Assembly: GCF_030144855.1 (NCBI RefSeq)
Contig: NC_082722.1
Location: forward strand, 44,454,001 to 44,518,000
Source of the DNA: Hypanus sabinus
Lineage: Eukaryota
Direction of reading: 5' to 3'
Length of the DNA stretch: 64,000 nucleotides
Under the pieces are notes generated by a model. That model worked only from the letters and a program-made list of their open reading frames with translations. It searched no databases and was not told the origin of the DNA. Numbering within the stretch: position 1 is the first letter of the stretch; every line of letters begins with the position of its first letter. Below are positions 29,301-40,665 of the stretch, piece by piece. The translations under genes were made by a program, and so were the position numbers.

Positions 29301-32300
29301 GCAATAAGACAATTCAGAACTTTTTTTCTCACAACTCAGGTATATGGGTAAAACAGCTTTATTTTCTTGTGGGTATACTCAGTAAATCCATAATGGAATA
29401 AGAACTATAACAGAATCAATGAAAGACCACAGCAAATGGGCTTTTGACCTGTGTGCAAGTACAGAAAGAAAATAATAATAAATATACATAAGCAATAGGT
29501 ATCGAGAACATGGGATGAAGATGCCTTGAAAGTGAGTCCATAGGTTGTGGGAATATTTCAGTGATGGCAAGTGAAGACCCCCTTTGATTCAAGAGCCTGA
29601 TGGTAGAGGGGTAAGAACTGTCCCTGAACTTGGGAGTGTGAGTCCAGAGGCTCCTGTACCTTCTTCCTGATGGTGTCAGCAAGAAGAGATGTCCTTGAAG
29701 AAGATGGATGCTACTTCGTTGCGACAACGATTTGTGTAGATGTGCTCAATGGTGGGGAGGGCTTTATCTGTGATAGGCTGAGCCGTATCCACTTATTTTA
29801 TGTAGAATTTTCTGTTCAAGGGCATCGGTGTTTCCATACAAAACTGTGATACTGTGATGCAACTAATTAATATACTCTCCACCACACATCTATAGAAGTT
29901 TGTCAAAGTTTTAGATGTCATGCCGAATCTTCTCAAACTCCTAAGGAAATAGAGGTGCTCTCATGCTTTCTTCGTAATTGAACTTCCGTGCTGGGCACAG
30001 GATAGGTTCTCTGAAATTTAAAGTTGCTGAACCCTCAGCATCTCTGATCCTGTGATACAGACTGGCTCATGGACCTCTGGTTTCCTCCTTCTGAAGTCAA
30101 TGATCAGCTCCTTGGTCTTGCTGACATCGAGTAAGAAGTTGTTGTTGTGGCACCTCTCAGCCAGATTTTCTATCTCCCTCCAATATGCTGATACGTCACC
30201 ACCTTTGATTCGGCTGATTGAGAGTAGTGTCATCAGCAAACTTAAATGTGGCATTGGAGCTGTGCTTAACCACACAGTTATAAGGGTAAAGTGAGTAGAG
30301 CAGGGGACTAATCACACAGCCTTGTGGGGCACCTGTGCCGATGGAGATCGTGGTGGTGATGTTGACAATCCAAACTGACTGGGGTATACAAGTGAAAGAA
30401 ATCAAGGACCCAATTGAACATGGAGGTAAAGTGGTCAAGGTCTTGAAGCTTATTGATTAGTTTTGAAGAGATGTTGATATTGGATACTGAGTTGCAGTCA
30501 ATAAAGAACATCCAGATGTATGCATCTTTGCTGTCCAGATGTTTTGAGGTTGAGTGAAGAACCAATGAGTTGGCACCATCTGTGGACCTCTTTCATCACT
30601 GATGTCTCAAAATAGTGGATGTAAGTGAGACTGGATGATAGTCATTGAGGCAGTCTTCCTTGTTCTTCTCAGGCACCGGTACAATGATTGAAGTTTGTTT
30701 GATCAGGTGGGTACCTCAGATGGCTGAAGTGAGAGGTTAAAGATCTCACTGAACACTCCAGCCAGTAGGTTGGCACAGGTCTTTAGTACTTAGCCAGGTA
30801 CCCCGTTTGGGCCTAAAGAACATCCAGATGTATGCATCTTTGCTGTCCAGATGTTTTGAGGTTGAGTGAAGAACCAATGAGTTGGCACCATCTGTGGACC
30901 TCTTTCATCACTGATGTCTCAAAATAGTGGATGTAAGTGAGACTGGATGATAGTCATTGAGGCAGTCTTCCTTGTTCTTCTCAGGCACCGGTACAATGAT
31001 TGAAGTTTGTTTGATCAGGTGGGTACCTCAGATGGCTGAAGTGAGAGGTTAAAGATCTCACTGAACACTCCAGCCAGTAGGTCGGCACAGGTCTTTAGTA
31101 CTTAGCCAGGTACCCCGTTTGGGCCAGATGCTTTTCACCCTCCTGAAGGATCCTTGCACATGGGCGTGAACTCACAGGACGATCGGGGGCTGTGGGGGTT
31201 CATGATAGTTCCTCCGTGTTTTGCCAGTCTAAGTGAACATAAAAGCTCATCTGGAAGCAAAACCTGGTTGTCACCTGTGTGGCTTGATTTTACTTTATTA
31301 GAGGTGATAGCATTCAAGCCCTGCCACAAATGTTAAGCATCCTCTGTTGATTCAAGTTTAGTCTGAAATTGTCACTTCACCTTTGAGATCGCTTTCTGCA
31401 GATCATACCTGGACCTCTTGTAACTTTCTTGATCACCAGACTTGATCATCTCTGAACTGGTCTTCAGCATATTGTGGATCTCATGGTTCATCCAAGGCAT
31501 CTGGTTGGGGAAACACTGAATGATTTTGTCGAGACACACTCATCTACAACTGTTTCTAGAAAGTCCGTGAAAACCATAGTGTATTCATTCAGAACCACAG
31601 ATGAGTCCTTGAATGTGGCCCATTCCACCGACTCGAAGCAAACCCATAGATACTCGTCTGCCTCCCACTACCATCTCTTTGTTGTAATCTCTGGAGCCTT
31701 GCCTCAGCTTGTATGCAGGCAGGGGAAGGACAGCCAGGTGATCGGATTTCCAGAAATGCAGTCCGGGCATGTAATGGTAGGTTTCCCTTATCTTACTGTA
31801 ACAGTGATCTAGTGGGATGAAACCTCTGGTGCTACAGGTTTTATGCTGGTGGTGATTTGGCAGGGATTTCTTCAAACAAGGCTGGTTGAAGTTCCCGGCC
31901 AAGATTTGAAGTGCACCAGGATGGATTGTTTCTTGTTTGGAGACAGCATCATGCAGTATCTCAAGCACTTGATTATAGTCACCTGCTGGTGGTATCTAAA
32001 CTCTGGTGAAGATCACAGATGAGAACTCCCGAGGTAAGTAGAATGGATGGTGTTTGATTGTTAGATTTTCAAGGTCAAGGGAACATAAGTTCAACAAAAC
32101 CGCCACATCAGAGCACCACCGAGTTTATTATGAAACACACACCTTTGCCTTTTCCAAGTCAGCTGTCTGGTACATTCTGTGAATCGAGAAGCCTTTGGGT
32201 CTGATTGCCACATCTGGCTTACTGGATGTAAGCCACGTCTCAGTTAAGCATAGAACACAACAATCTCCCATTTCCCTTCGAAACAGTAATCTTGCCTTCA

Positions 32301-35300
32301 GGTCCTCAATTGGTGGTTAAGAGTTTCTTCTGTGTTGTATCACTCCACAAGTGCTGCAATATGACATAAAAGTGGAAGAATTAAAATGGAATTTCCATCA
32401 ATGATGGAAGAACACTTCAGGAACTTTTTCCATCTAACTAAATATTTTGGCACCTGCAGTGACATTGACTTTTATTTATTTATTGACATATGTCATGGAG
32501 TAGGCTCTTCCAGCCCTTGGAGCCACACCACCCAGCAATCCCCTGATGTAGTCCTTGCCAAGATACAGGACAATTTACAAAGATCAATTAACCTACCGAC
32601 CAGTTCGTCTTTAGTAAGTGGGAGGAAACCAGAGCACCCAGAGGAAACCCACACGATCATGTGGAGAACATACAAACTCCTTACAGGCAATGGTGAGAAT
32701 TGAACCTGGTCATCCTTACTGTAAGGCATAGTGCTAACCACTACCTCCCCCCATCTACTAATGATACTTAGGCAAAGGGAATTATTGCACTGTCAGTGAC
32801 GTCTAGATCACCAATAACTTAATTGGTGAGAGAACTCCATAAACTGACTCTTAAACCAAACTCCTATCTTTCTATTCCCTAAGCAGGTTTTGTTGGCAGT
32901 CATTTTAACTCATCACTATAGAAGCATTAAAAAAATTACTTCTTTTGAGATTTGCATTCATGTATTGAATATCTATTTGTATTACAGTGGTCAAGTCCAA
33001 ATGCCCCTCTTTTGTAGGGATTACTGGAATTATCCTGCAGGAAATGAAACATATATTCAAGATTATCACTGTGGAAAATAAGCTTAAAGGTAATGTTACA
33101 AATCCTATGTCTTTACATAAAAGGTTTTGTACTGTCCTCTGAGCGATAGCACAATATTGAGATAAGAATAAAATGCTTTGGTGAATTACCTACTAAACTA
33201 CTACATGCTTCCTTTTTTATTTTCCCAACTTTATCCATTTTATGTTTCTGACCAATTCCAAGTTTAAAATGCATTTATTTGCTATGGATACTCTTACAAA
33301 ACTTGCGGGATTATAATTTGTTCTGTTCCTTTGAACTTCTCCTTGTATTGTAGTATTTAATCAAACCAGCCAGAAACCCCAATCCCACGGAGTTGTCATA
33401 ATCAAAATTGTTTTAATGTAGAAAACCTCATTGAAGTGAGAGAACTCCAGACTAGCCACTTTAGCTTTGACATGGTTTTCAGCTTCCCCTTGCCTTATGG
33501 CTTTAAAAGTGATTTAGGTTTTTTTGATTAAAATTAACTTCAAAGTAATATTTGTATTGTTAGCCTTTGGTAATGTCCATTTACATATTACCTTCAAAGT
33601 AGCATACATTCCTGAAGAACATTAACAGAAAGAGGAAAATAATGCTGAGCCATACAGAGTTATCAATGTAATTGATCATAATTTTGGTCAGAGATGTAGA
33701 TTTTAAGGAACACCTTAAAAACAAGGAAAAGAGGTAGAAGAGAAAAGAAAAAGAAAAGAGAAAAGGGAAAAGATGTTGAAGAGATTTAGAGAGGGAAAGA
33801 ATTTTAGGGACTATTGTGCAGACAGCTGAAGCATAGCTACAAGTGGTGGAGTGGTTTAATTCATGGATGAGTAAGAAATCAGAATTACAGAAGGCAGTTA
33901 TCTTAGCAAAATACAAGACTGGAACAAGATACAAAAATTAGGAAGAGGACATAGGAGGGATATGGAAACAAGTACAGTCGGCCCTCCTTATCCATGGATT
34001 CCACATGCGAGAATTCAACCAACCGTGATTTGTGAAAACCCGGAAGTGCTCTTCCAGCACTTCTTGTTCCAGCATGNNNNNNNNNNNNNNNNNNNNNNNN
34101 NNNNNNNNNNNNNNNNNNNNNNNNNNNNNNNNNNNNNNNNNNNNNNNNNNNNNNNNNNNNNNNNNNNNNNNNNNNNNNNNNNNNNNNNNNNNNNNNNNNN
34201 NNNNNNNNNNNNNNNTGCATCGGGATCGAAAAAATCGGAAGTGCTCTTACTAAGTAAGTCGGAACAGGTACATCCGGTATTATTTAACGTCAGTTAGTCA
34301 AACGCTTGTCTTAGTATATAATATATATTTTACCTTTCTATGCATATAAAACGTATGTTTTATACATACGTATATTAAGAACGTATGTTTCAGCGCTGGA
34401 CTCGGGAAGTTCCCGTGTTCGATCTAGTGACAGATCACTATGGAATGTGCTCTCCACCGTGCCAGGTTGATGTGGAGGATCAAAAACCCAAAACCCAATA
34501 ATTAAACCACTGCGTTGCTTGGTAATAATTGTAGCTTTTATTGGGGCAGAGCCTTTCTCACTTTATCCTTTAAAATTGTTCCAATTGTTGACCGACGTAA
34601 CCTAACACTTTTACAATGACCGATGGCGTTTCACCTCTTTCCAATCGCTTTATTATTTCCACTTGATTTTCAAACATGATAGTGATTATTTTTGTGAACA
34701 GAAACACTGCAGATTCAGAGCTCTGGCTCTAATGTGGTCCTAATGTCCACGGCACTGAGACCGGTTAAATAAGGTCTGGAGTTCCGCTGGGTCCTAAGGT
34801 CTACTGGATTGAGACAGGTTGCATAAGGGACTTGAGCATCCGCAAATTTTGGTATCCGCGAGGGGTCCCGTAACCAATCCCTTGCAGATAAGGAGGGCCG
34901 ACTGTGTGAGAAGATTAAGGTGAAGGTTTGCTGAACCAGGAAACTTGACTATCAGCAAACAGAAAGATGATGGCCGAAATAGGACACTGCAATTTAGGAG
35001 ATGGCATGAAGTTTTGTTCTAACATATAATCTATCGGAATTTGAACGAGAAGGCTGCCTAGAAGTGCTTTGAAATAGATAAAGATAAAGTTAATAAAGAT
35101 ATAGAGGAGGAGGATGATCTGGGCAGGACACTGTTGGAAACTGGAAATAATTTGAAAGGTGTGTAGCTTGGGTGGTTGATGATTGGGTTGAGTTGTTCTC
35201 CAATCATGGCAAATTACTTGCAAATGTATCGACACTCTGCGAGGAGAGATCACCAGTGCACTGTTGATTTTGGTGTGTCCTCCAAATGCTTGGCCTTTAG

Positions 35301-35902
35301 ATACTTTTCAATCAGCTGATTGGTCATCATTTTAGAAACTCAATTGTGGGGAGGAAATCTCATCACTGAGGCTGCGGGGCAAACTCCATGCATTGTGATC
35401 TGGATTTTTGCCCACATTGGCTTATAAATAGGATTGGGCTCTACATGTTTGTTTTCATGGTTTGTTTCACCTTGAACATTCATGGAGGAAGAAGAGTTGC
35501 TCCTGTGTGGAGGCTTGCCTGCAGGCAATGTTCTCCCAGCTAAGCATCAGTGAAAGTCATGGTGCAAGTGAACACACGGCATTGAAGAAAATTTCTAGGA
35601 GTGTGGTTTTCCATGAACAATCCTGTAAACAAACATGTAGACCTGAATTCTATTTATGAACCAATGTGGGCAAAATGAATAATATTTTAAATTTGATTTC
35701 ACATTATAATGTACTCTGTTTTTTATCCTCTCTCCACCCCTCCCTCAAACATCTTGCAACCATAGTAATTCCAAAGCAAAATAACATTTTCAGTGTGGAA
35801 ATCGATGGATTTGTCTCCTATATCTACGGCAATATGTTTCAACTGAGATCAAGTGAACGCTCTGTGAAGAAGTTTAAAGGAAAAGGAAGCATAGACCTTT
35901 AA
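8279..35902 (+). CDS. POP4: Ribonuclease P/MRP protein subunit p29, 7 coding exons, 224 aa
   Basis: join(8279-8303,18822-18874,21204-21421,23755-23832,28725-28786,32988-33089,35766-35902) = 675 nt, all GT-AG and phase-consistent. Translation MATSSAIKGIIYSRIRADAEDQADVKLPEG...LSAKERRELRLFELKPEQQRYELFLPLHELWKQYIRDLC...KADFHGAIVTVVKSKCPSFVGITGIILQE...VIPKQNNIFSVEIDGFVSYIYGNMFQLRSSERSVKKFKGKGSIDL matches vertebrate RPP29. Confidence 0.97.
8891..9507 (-). mobile_element. Solo LTR of the same family as the 41898-45865 element (POP4 intron 1, antisense)
   Basis: TG...CA termini; reverse complement aligns along the length of LTRs 41898-42560 and 45176-45865. Flanks are CTAT and CTAC (a near-match TSD). 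Confidence 0.92.
10010..11460 (-). mobile_element. Degenerate CR1 LINE fragments
   Basis: Resembles the other CR1 copies in the window (e.g. gatttgtcaggcaagatttcc is shared with ~52770). Confidence 0.65.
11560..13467 (-). mobile_element. tRNA-derived V-SINE (HE1-like) split by the hAT insertion
   Basis: SINE head (gggcagcacgacagttcagtgattagcctaacactttacag...ggttcaattcc on minus) is continuous across the CTGTAAAG duplication. Confidence 0.65.
11705..13426 (+). mobile_element. Internally deleted hAT (Charlie/Buster-like) DNA transposon
   Basis: TIRs cagggtttctcaac and gttgagaaaggct. 8-bp TSD CTGTAAAG at 11697-11704 and 13427-13434. BED-finger remnant PLCLVCG. Confidence 0.85.
15433..18256 (-). 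mobile_element. Degenerate hAT transposon (ZBED8/SCAND3/Buster-like transposase)
   Basis: Transposase remnants at 15730-17290 (IHCVIHHQHL, TEVHWLSKG, FPSTYLVERCF, GIQLDEST, SSATDG). Candidate TIRs cagtgcttcctaa and ttgggaatcactg. TSD only partly matches, so the right boundary is uncertain. Confidence 0.8.
18822..18874 (+). CDS. POP4: POP4 exon 2
   Basis: 53 nt between AG and GTATGC; encodes IIYSRIRADAEDQADVK. Confidence 0.88.
21204..21421 (+). CDS. POP4: POP4 exon 3
   Basis: 218 nt; encodes LPEGKQSAKFVASFL...KKKKRKAKCLSAKERRELRLFELKPEQQ. Confidence 0.95.
21672..23189. mobile_element. Tigger/pogo-like non-autonomous DNA transposon
   Basis: Terminal inverted repeats agtggattccagttaattggg and cccagttaaccagaatccact. 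A related end fragment lies at ~28866-29330. Confidence 0.7.
23755..23832 (+). CDS. POP4: POP4 exon 4
   Basis: 78 nt; encodes YELFLPLHELWKQYIRDLCNGLKPQ; GTAAGT donor. Confidence 0.97.
24130..27610 (+). mobile_element. CR1 LINE remnant interrupted by an ERV remnant
   Basis: CR1 motifs DKPSGTDGLHHRVLKE...EDWKIANITPFFK (25151-25366) and RPHLEYCEQFW (26923-27117) lie on either side of 25426-26810. Confidence 0.8.
25426..26810 (-). mobile_element. Endogenous retrovirus remnant: env (SU C-terminus/TM) plus probable 3' LTR
   Basis: Two minus frames join to VLQ..MALDYLL(A)KEGGTYTVTGHECYTKIP.RSGNITHLVDHI, an Env immunosuppressive domain with a decayed CX6CC (~26000-26150). LTR-like segment 25426-25756 has tgttgaa...ttcaaca ends, with TATA and AATAAA on the minus strand. 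Confidence 0.75.
27945..28240 (-). mobile_element. V-SINE (HE1-like)
   Basis: Core ggtgctccggtttcttcccacagtccaaagac plus a tRNA-like head on minus. Similar copies at ~32470-32750 and ~39700-40050. Confidence 0.7.
28725..28786 (+). CDS. POP4: POP4 exon 5
   Basis: 62 nt; encodes STNMIQTKLMKADFHGAIVT. Confidence 0.95.
29047..29229. mobile_element. Penelope-like inverted-repeat (hairpin) insertion
   Basis: Arms gctggtggaacgcagcaggccaggcagcatctatagggagaagc and gcttctccctatagatgctgcctggcctgctgtgttcctccagc, flanked by a direct repeat ttaaatgtcatc. Confidence 0.75.
29400..32390 (-). mobile_element. Degenerate Rex1/Babar LINE (POP4 intron 5)
   Basis: Endonuclease motifs GNFNQ, LDHCY and KSDH (31585-31968). 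RT motifs GAPQGCVISPLLYSL and FKFADDTT (30196-30438). C-terminus KFRDSSYPSTIRLLN. Confidence 0.88.
30502..31125. repeat. Tandem duplication, 2 x 312 bp
   Basis: 30502-30813 is repeated at 30814-31125; only one substitution seen (ggttggc vs ggtcggc). Confidence 0.92.
32988..33089 (+). CDS. POP4: POP4 exon 6
   Basis: 102 nt; encodes VKSKCPSFVGITGIILQEMKHIFKIITVENKLK. Confidence 0.97.
33975..34904. mobile_element. Tigger/pogo-like MITE spanning an assembly gap
   Basis: TIRs cagtcggccctccttatc and gataaggagggccgactg; left flank TA, right flank TG. Confidence 0.85.
34077..34215. other. Assembly gap (139 N)
   Basis: Run of n characters. Confidence 1.
35766..35902 (+). CDS. POP4: POP4 exon 7 (last coding exon)
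   Basis: Encodes IPKQNNIFSVEIDGFVSYIYGNMFQLRSSERSVKKFKGKGSIDL-stop. A candidate AATAAA lies at 36298. Confidence 0.97.
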
Positions 35903-38900
35903 GTCAAAGGAAGAATCACTGGTGCACTTTATCGACTGCAGCATTGACCTCTTGATTCAGCATTGCAAGGAACAGTGGAACCCTGTATGTTTGGCTCAAC
36001 CAGCATCAACATGATGCAATTCAGATGTTTAAAACCTTGTATAACAATCTGTCAGATCATTGCTTTTAAATACTGGGCAATGAAAGGATTTTCCAGAACG
36101 TTAGATATGTGTGTTCTCATTTGTAATCCTTATAAACTATGAATGAATACACATAATTTTCTTTTAAATCTGGTAATTTTATCACAACATTCAACAGCAA
36201 AATTTATTAGTTCAATGGGTAATTTGCGTTTAGGTATTTGTGGCAAATATATTTGTCACGGTGCACTTCACAATGAAGAAGAAATGTATCTTGGACCAAT
36301 AAAGCAATCATTAAGAGTGTGACCATAAACTTGGTTAGAGTTATGTGTTTTAAAGAGGAGGTTTTTAACATGGAAATTGAAATAGCTGTAGAATATGGAT
36401 GCACTTGAGGATGGCAAGTTTGAAGACAGGGAATCTGTGTGTTCAGAGAGGGATATGACCCAGAGGATAAAGTATAAGGAGGAATTTAAACAGTTTAAAA
36501 TTGACAGAATGATCTATGAAGAGATTGAACATCAGGGTAGGTAAAATGATAGACAGTGGAACTGGTTCAGGTTAGAATGTGGAAAAAAACAGTTTTTGAT
36601 AGATTACAGTAATAGAATAGAGACTGCAAGAGGAACAGTAGAGCAAATTTGAAAGTGACACCTGTAGCTGGTTATCTCAGCATCTGATGGGGAATGTTAC
36701 AGAGATAAGGTCTTTGTGATGGAGATGATAGAAAATCTGGTTTACTGTGTCAAGGAGAATATTGAGACCGAGAATGGTGGAGTTCAGCCATAAATGTGAC
36801 TTGAAATCCTACTTAATGGAAAGAAACTCAATGTTTGTCACTGTTGCTGAATACATTGTGACTTATGATTCATTTTAATGATGCAATACTCAGGGGAAGT
36901 AATTTTACCAAAAAACAAATTAATTTGACATTTTTCTGCAATAGATACATCATTAGAAAAAGAGTGTTACAATAATGAAAAGTCCTGCTTTCACAGTCTT
37001 GCAACAGATTGACTATTTGATGAAAACATTCACTACCTCAGAGCAAGGGGAAGTTTCTGAGCTAGTTCATTTGCCATAATTGCACAAGGATTATAATTGT
37101 ACAAGTCTGAGAGAAGTAGACAGTCAAATTGAGCACTAAAATCATAGTAGTTTATAAAGAAAGACTTTAAAAAGAATTGAAGATAACTTACTATTGAAAT
37201 TACATGAAATGCTGCTGAGTGAAAATGCATATTTCACAGTAAGGACATTCTAATGTTTGATAATTGATCATATTGCAGCAGAGTGAAAGTATGAAGCAGA
37301 AGCAGGTTTATTATCACTGTCTTGTATGACATGGAATTTGTTGTTTTGCAGCAACAGTACAGTGGAAATATTTTTTTAAAAGTATTATAAATTACAAAAT
37401 AAATATTGTCAAAAAAAAAAGGAATAACCCAGCAGATTTCTTGGACTGTTCTGAGATCTGATGACAAAATTCCCCATTACCTAGAAGCAGTTCATATATT
37501 TATGGTCTGTTAAGCACTTGGATTTTCCCCTGGATTTCACAAGTGAAATCCAAATGAACTAGAGTACTGAATAAAAATGTCTTCAAATTGTCATCATTTG
37601 ACATTCCAGAAAATGAATCTAAAAGTTGGATAATTTCATCATTTAAGGTTGCTCATGTGGAATATAATGTATTTAAAAACTGCCAGCTGATTTTAAGAAA
37701 ACTTAACCCATTGCCTGGTAATTTTTAAATACCTCTAATTGGGTACTGAAAACATGTTTTTGGCAAATATAAATAATATGTATTTAGGAGCACTGAATAA
37801 AGAAGAGGATTTTTTTAAGAATGGAAATTGCATTGCCTGGGAGGCCTAAGATGCACTTGTGGGAAATAGACAGAATACTGAGGGGCGGTGGTGTGAAGCA
37901 GATCCCCAACCTTGCCAATTACTAACAGGTCTGCCAACTAATACAAGTTGCTTCTATCTCAGCAAAAGATCATGGAATTGTAAGGTGCTGGTTGTCTCTT
38001 TTCCACACGCTGATTCGAATTCTGAGGAGAAAGGAACATAATGAAAGCTGACAAGATCCTTAAGTCCCTTGTTCAGACTTCTGCTTCACATGAATGGTAG
38101 TGTGAGCAAAGCAGGTAGAGTTAATGTTAGAGCATTTCTGTCCTAGCTATGCTCAATCTATATAAATATTTGGCTGAAGGGTCAAAACATCACATTTCCA
38201 AGTTTGCTGAGATAATAAACAAAGGGGATAGAATATAATATGCAAAAATATGAGATGATCCATTTAGGTAAACGGGTAGAGCATTGAATAGTATGAAGCT
38301 AGGTCATGTTCATGTTCAAAGGGACTTTGGTGATCAATTCACTGATGACCAACATACAAGTACAGCAACAATTTGGACAAACTTTATGTTATCCATTATA
38401 AAGAGCATATGAATACAAGAACTAAAAAGGGCTTATTGTAATTGCAAAGGCTTTGCTGAAACCTCACATGGAGTATTGGGTATAATTTTGGCATGGATTC
38501 ACTGGAATAGTTCTAGGGATGGCAAGGGTCTCATATAAGGAGAGATTGAATGGACTGTGACTATCCAGAGTTTAGAGAAATCAGAAGGGGAGCGAGCCAT
38601 ATTAATTTCTTGAAAACCATGTCAGGCTAAATTCAGGGAGAGTATTTGCTGCAACTGACCGTTGTGCAGAGTTGACAATAAGATGCAAGCCAATGAGGAC
38701 TGAGATGAAGCAGTTCTGCACTCGGGAGAAGGTAAGTCCAGAGGGATGTGAGTACATTCTAATCAGAAATCAATCGAAGGATCAGATGGCTAAGTTTGTA
38801 TTCTTACCACTCCAGTACCAGCCCCTCCCCCACCCATTCTTTTATGGATATTTGCTGAAGTTATTAGAGGTAATTACAATGCTTGTGGTCACAGAACCTA

Positions 38901-39119
38901 GGATTAGAGGTTGACATTTGACAAAGATGACGTAACAGTTACTTTGTGGGAATCAAATGCTTTGCTTCCTTATATAATTAGGGTTGGGAGTGCTGTTGAG
39001 TGCTGGCAAATGAGTGCTTGACAGCTATTCCAAGCATGCATTCTCACTAGGGTTACCAGCATTGCGTGAAAATTGTGATCCTTTTAAAAATTTACACACT
39101 CCCCTTTCAAATTTTTTAT

Positions 39120-39660
39120 AGCAACGCGTAAAAAATGCTGGAGGAATTCCACAGGCCAGGCAGCATTAATGGAAAAAGAGTACAGTTGACGTTTCTGGCC
39201 AATGTCCCTCAAGACTGGGGAAAAGATGAGGAGTCAGAGTAAGAAGGTGGGGTAGGGGAGGAAGAACCACAAGGTGATAGGTGAAGCTGGGTGAGGGGGA
39301 TGCGAAGTAAAGAGCTGGGAAGTTGGTGAAAGAGATGCTGGGCTGGAGAAGGGGGAATCTGATAGGAGCAGACAAGGCCATGGAAGCAAGAAAAGGGGGA
39401 GGAACACCAGAGGGAGGTGATAGACCAGTAATGAGATAAGGTGAGAGGGAGAAACGGGAATGGGGAATGGTGAAGGAGGAGGGGGAATGGGCATTACTGA
39501 AAGTTTGAGAAATTTATGTTCATGCCATCAGGTTGGAGGCTACCCAGACAGAATATAAAGTGTTGCTCCTCCACCCTGAGTGTGGCCTCATCAACAGTAG
39601 AGGAGGCCATGGATTGATGTATGAAAAGAATTAAAATAGTTGGCCACTGGGAAATCTCAC
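39120..39660 (-). mobile_element. Penelope-like element 3' fragment
   Basis: EATLRVEEQHFIFCLGSLQPDGMNINFSNF (GIY-YIG C-terminus), followed by a pyrimidine-rich pLTR and a short inverted arm. Confidence 0.8.
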
Positions 39661-40507
39661 TTTTCCTGGCAGACAAAGCATAAGTGCTTGGCAAAATGGT
39701 CTTCCAATCTAGATTTTCTAGAGTCATTTTGAGGTATAGCACAGAAATAGGTTCTTCAGCTCACAGAGCCCATGCTGATCATTATCTGCCCATTTACAGT
39801 GGTCCTACATAAATCCAATCTTCACGTTCTCCTCAGCTCTCCCAGATTATACCATTTCCTTGACACAAAGGACAATATACAGTGGCCAATTAACCTACAT
39901 ACCTACACATTTATGACGTTAGATGAATCTGGAGTGCCTAGAGGAAACCCATGTAGTCCCTTGGAAAATGTGTGAACTCCGTGCAGACGGAACCCAAGGA
40001 TCTTTGGCACTGTGAGGCAGTAACTCTACCAACTGCACCACTGTGTCACCCTGAACTGCTCAGCGTTTGCCTCTGAAACAACCTCAACTAATGCATGTTC
40101 ACTGCCTATTTTTCCTGATGGCATTCCATTTGTCTTCCAACAGCCTTTTTATGGATTGACGTAAAGGAAGTTTATTTCCAGCCTTAACATTAAAGTTTCT
40201 ATACAACATATGCATAATCTGGCCAAATCTATAGTTTACAGTAATCATTCTGGATTTAATGTTTTTGTAATGACTTGTACTAGTCAATTTTTTGATTAGA
40301 ATTAAAGTGGTTATTTCTTCTTCCTGTATGCAGTAATGTTTCTACATTAAAGACCAATTTTCATGGTATTTGGCAATCTTATTTCTTTTTATTTTTAAAT
40401 ATACAGTAAAATGTATCAATTACTGTTCAGTTATATAACATCTCATAAATAATCTTGTCATACATACTTTGAGAACATTGCCCCTTTAATTGTCCCAAGT
40501 TTTTTTT

Positions 40508-40525
40508 TGTTTCAGTTTCTGTTTT
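40508..40525. promoter_or_regulatory. ISRE/IRF site upstream of the Ig-gene leader exon
   Basis: TTTCAGTTTC (= GAAACTGAAA) at 40510-40519, 65 bp before the ATG; a second copy lies at 41054-41063. Confidence 0.55.
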
Positions 40526-40583
40526 CCGGTCATTGCTGTGACAGTTAAGATGAGATCATATACATTGTTTTTACTTCTGCAAA

Positions 40584-40665
40584 ATGGCCTTCAAGTTAAG
40601 AGGAAAAATGAATTGTTTGCTGAGTGACCTGATGATATTTTACATTCTCATTCTCTCTTTAGTGG
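40584..40665 (+). CDS. Leader (signal peptide) exon
   Basis: Encodes [27 protein letters not shown]; phase-1 GTAAGT donor at 40666 joins the V exon in frame. Confidence 0.75.

Noticed and set aside
33903-34297. ORFs containing X runs
   Set aside because: Artefacts of the N gap inside a MITE.
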